DNA of 63,645 nucleotides, filler included, from Olpidium bornovanus S191 (Eukaryota; Fungi; Olpidiomycota): NCBI GenBank assembly GCA_017911155.1. It is 29 parts of 29 records of this genome, joined end to end, with 100 filler letters (N's around TTAATTAATTAA, not from the genome) between each part and the next. Parts side by side here need not be neighbours in the genome. Positions count along the whole stretch, not along the records: positions 58,219 to 62,343 come from JAEFCI010012703.1; positions 62,444 to 63,645 come from JAEFCI010001106.1; 27 more parts are not named here. One strand, 5' to 3'. Shown piece by piece: positions 61,851 to 63,645 of this stretch (position 1 is its first letter; each line of letters starts with the position of its first letter). The notes under the pieces were generated by a model. It saw only the letters and a program-made list of their open reading frames with translations, ran no database searches and was not told where the DNA came from. The position numbers and the translations under genes were made by a program.

Positions 61851-63645
61851 CCCGCTTCAAACGATGCGCGCGGGGAACTGCTTGGCACGCCCACGGCGCT
61901 CGGGGGGCGTTTCCCGCCCTTCCTGTTGATTTTCGGAGCTGGGAGTGAAGGAGGGCGTGGGAAAACAACGAGAAAGTGCGCAGGACGCAAGCTCGCAGCG
62001 TGCTGGTAAGAAGTCGATAGAGAGCTGCGATCGCAAATTAATCTGTATTCTACGACAGGCCTTATCAGCACAGACCCCGGGAATCCTAGAGTGGGGACGA
62101 CAGAGTGCGTGCTGTTTTTTTGGCTCTTCTCCCTCTGTATATACCCTTTATTCTCAACACCGCCTACCCCTCGAGACTGTTGGCCTCTGCCGCCGAGGTA
62201 TCACAGACCTTAACAAAGAGCCCATGTCACGGTCACGCGCAAACCCATTCCAACCGCCCGGCAAATGACGATAAACGCGCCAGCCCTTGTTTTCAACCGC
62301 ACTGCAAATTAGGCGGGCTAGACGACTTACAAACAGAGTGCAANNNNNNNNNNNNNNNNNNNNNNNNNNNNNNNNNNNNNNNNNNNNTTAATTAATTAAN
62401 NNNNNNNNNNNNNNNNNNNNNNNNNNNNNNNNNNNNNNNNNNNATGCATCGTCGCCTTGACGGTTCAGAAGCCGACCCTGATAGCAGGGTGCGCTTTACG
62501 GCCGTTACAAAACGTGAACTACGAAGAACACGACGAAGACGACGACGAAGAAACTGTTGACATGAACGCCCGTTTGTGCCGAAACGTCCGCCAGATCAAG
62601 AGGCGAGGAGGGAGGGGGACAGGGAGAAAGGAAACGCGGAAAAAAAATTATTTTTTTTCTTTTTCCTCGTTCCCGCCTCTCTTCCCCCTCTCTCCCCGTC
62701 GCCTGCCGTCAATATCTCTGGCCCGCAGCGTTGCGGTGCGCAGCTCGTCTAGTCGGCTACATCGTCAGGGCGTGCTCAGGGCGTGCTCACCCCTGCCGCA
62801 GAAAACGCGGTTTTGTCGCGCGACGTGGCGTGCAGAAGGCGGAAGGGTTTTTTTACGATCGCCTTCTCTGTCGCGAAACGGAGCGACGGTCTCAGGCCGG
62901 TCGTCCCGCTGGGGCTTTTACGTGCGGGCCGAAACTCCTTACCACCTTCGAGGCGGTTGAGCTCGGCGACGTTGTAGCCGGCGGTGGTGTGCACCCAGGG
63001 CCTCTCTGTTCGGCGTCAAAAAGTTCTTGGCGTACGCCAGGAAAAGAGGGTCGTCTGAGGTGGGCGGAAAAGGCGCGCGTGTGCGCCTTCGCGGGACTGC
63101 TCTATGCAGACCGACGGGGATGCTGGGTGGTCACGATGCGACAGACCGTAGCGCGCTGACCGCATTCGCTGCCGCCTGCATTGTCTCTCCAGCACTCCGC
63201 CGGGTCCCCCGGACCTAGCTTCAAACGCCTTGCCGCCGGCATTGGCGGAAAAAAGAAGTAGAGTGCGTTTGCGGAGATTTACCTTCAGCAAACTTCGTCC
63301 TACATATCATTACCCAGCAATGCACATCGTGTGCAACTCATTGCGCACAAAATCACGTTGAACGGGACGGAACACGCCAAAAATTCGTTGTGCGGATCAA
63401 CCCAAACAGTGGCGCATTGACTATCGACACCGGGTCAGAAGGCGCCGTACCGCCACCCAGCCAGAAAGTTTTGTGAACTCGGATCGTTACTGGCCGCACT
63501 CCTCGCATTTGTCCCAACCTTCCCACAACCGAGGCAATGCAAATCTCAGCGTCAAGTGAGGCGGCTGCTCCCGTAAATTCCCGTAGAACGCTGTAAATTG
63601 GACAACAGTCCGTGATGTAAAACGACTTCGGGTGGTCGAGACATG

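Noticed and set aside
62444-63645. Candidate exons on both strands of the last contig
   Set aside because: Fragments are short and mutually inconsistent; no supportable call.

Overview
This window is not one locus. It is a pseudo-scaffold of 29 short contigs joined by 28 identical 100-bp spacers (N44-TTAATTAATTAA-N44), so adjacency across spacers has no biological meaning. The DNA is GC-rich, intron-rich and eukaryotic, with many long homopolymer runs. Fungal-type housekeeping genes (DRS2 and DNF-type P4-ATPases, PRA1/YIP3, TFC6, APD1, CAB5, GPN2, RAB11/YPT31, LSM7, NUP192/205, mL50) occur together with motile-cilium genes (CFAP20, CFAP157, WDR92/DNAAF10, KIF6). This points to a zoosporic fungus of chytrid/Olpidium grade (inference). 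Most genes are cut by contig ends. Accessory DNA includes two decayed Ty1/copia RT-RNaseH relics, one with a polypurine tract and 3' LTR. The best leads are: (1) a spliced, decayed TET/JBP-like 2OG-Fe(II) dioxygenase (10865-11465, minus) whose two lesions are both single C>T changes; (2) a tandem pair of tiny secreted Cys-rich peptide genes next to a copia LTR, the intact copy being only 59 aa and therefore absent from the ORF track (26829-27008); (3) a contig beginning CACGGTG with a 24-bp tandem array, an orphan two-exon gene and an inverted copy of the array, resembling a DNA transposon; (4) decayed multi-Myb-repeat genes. All family calls come from manual motif recognition; no database search was run.
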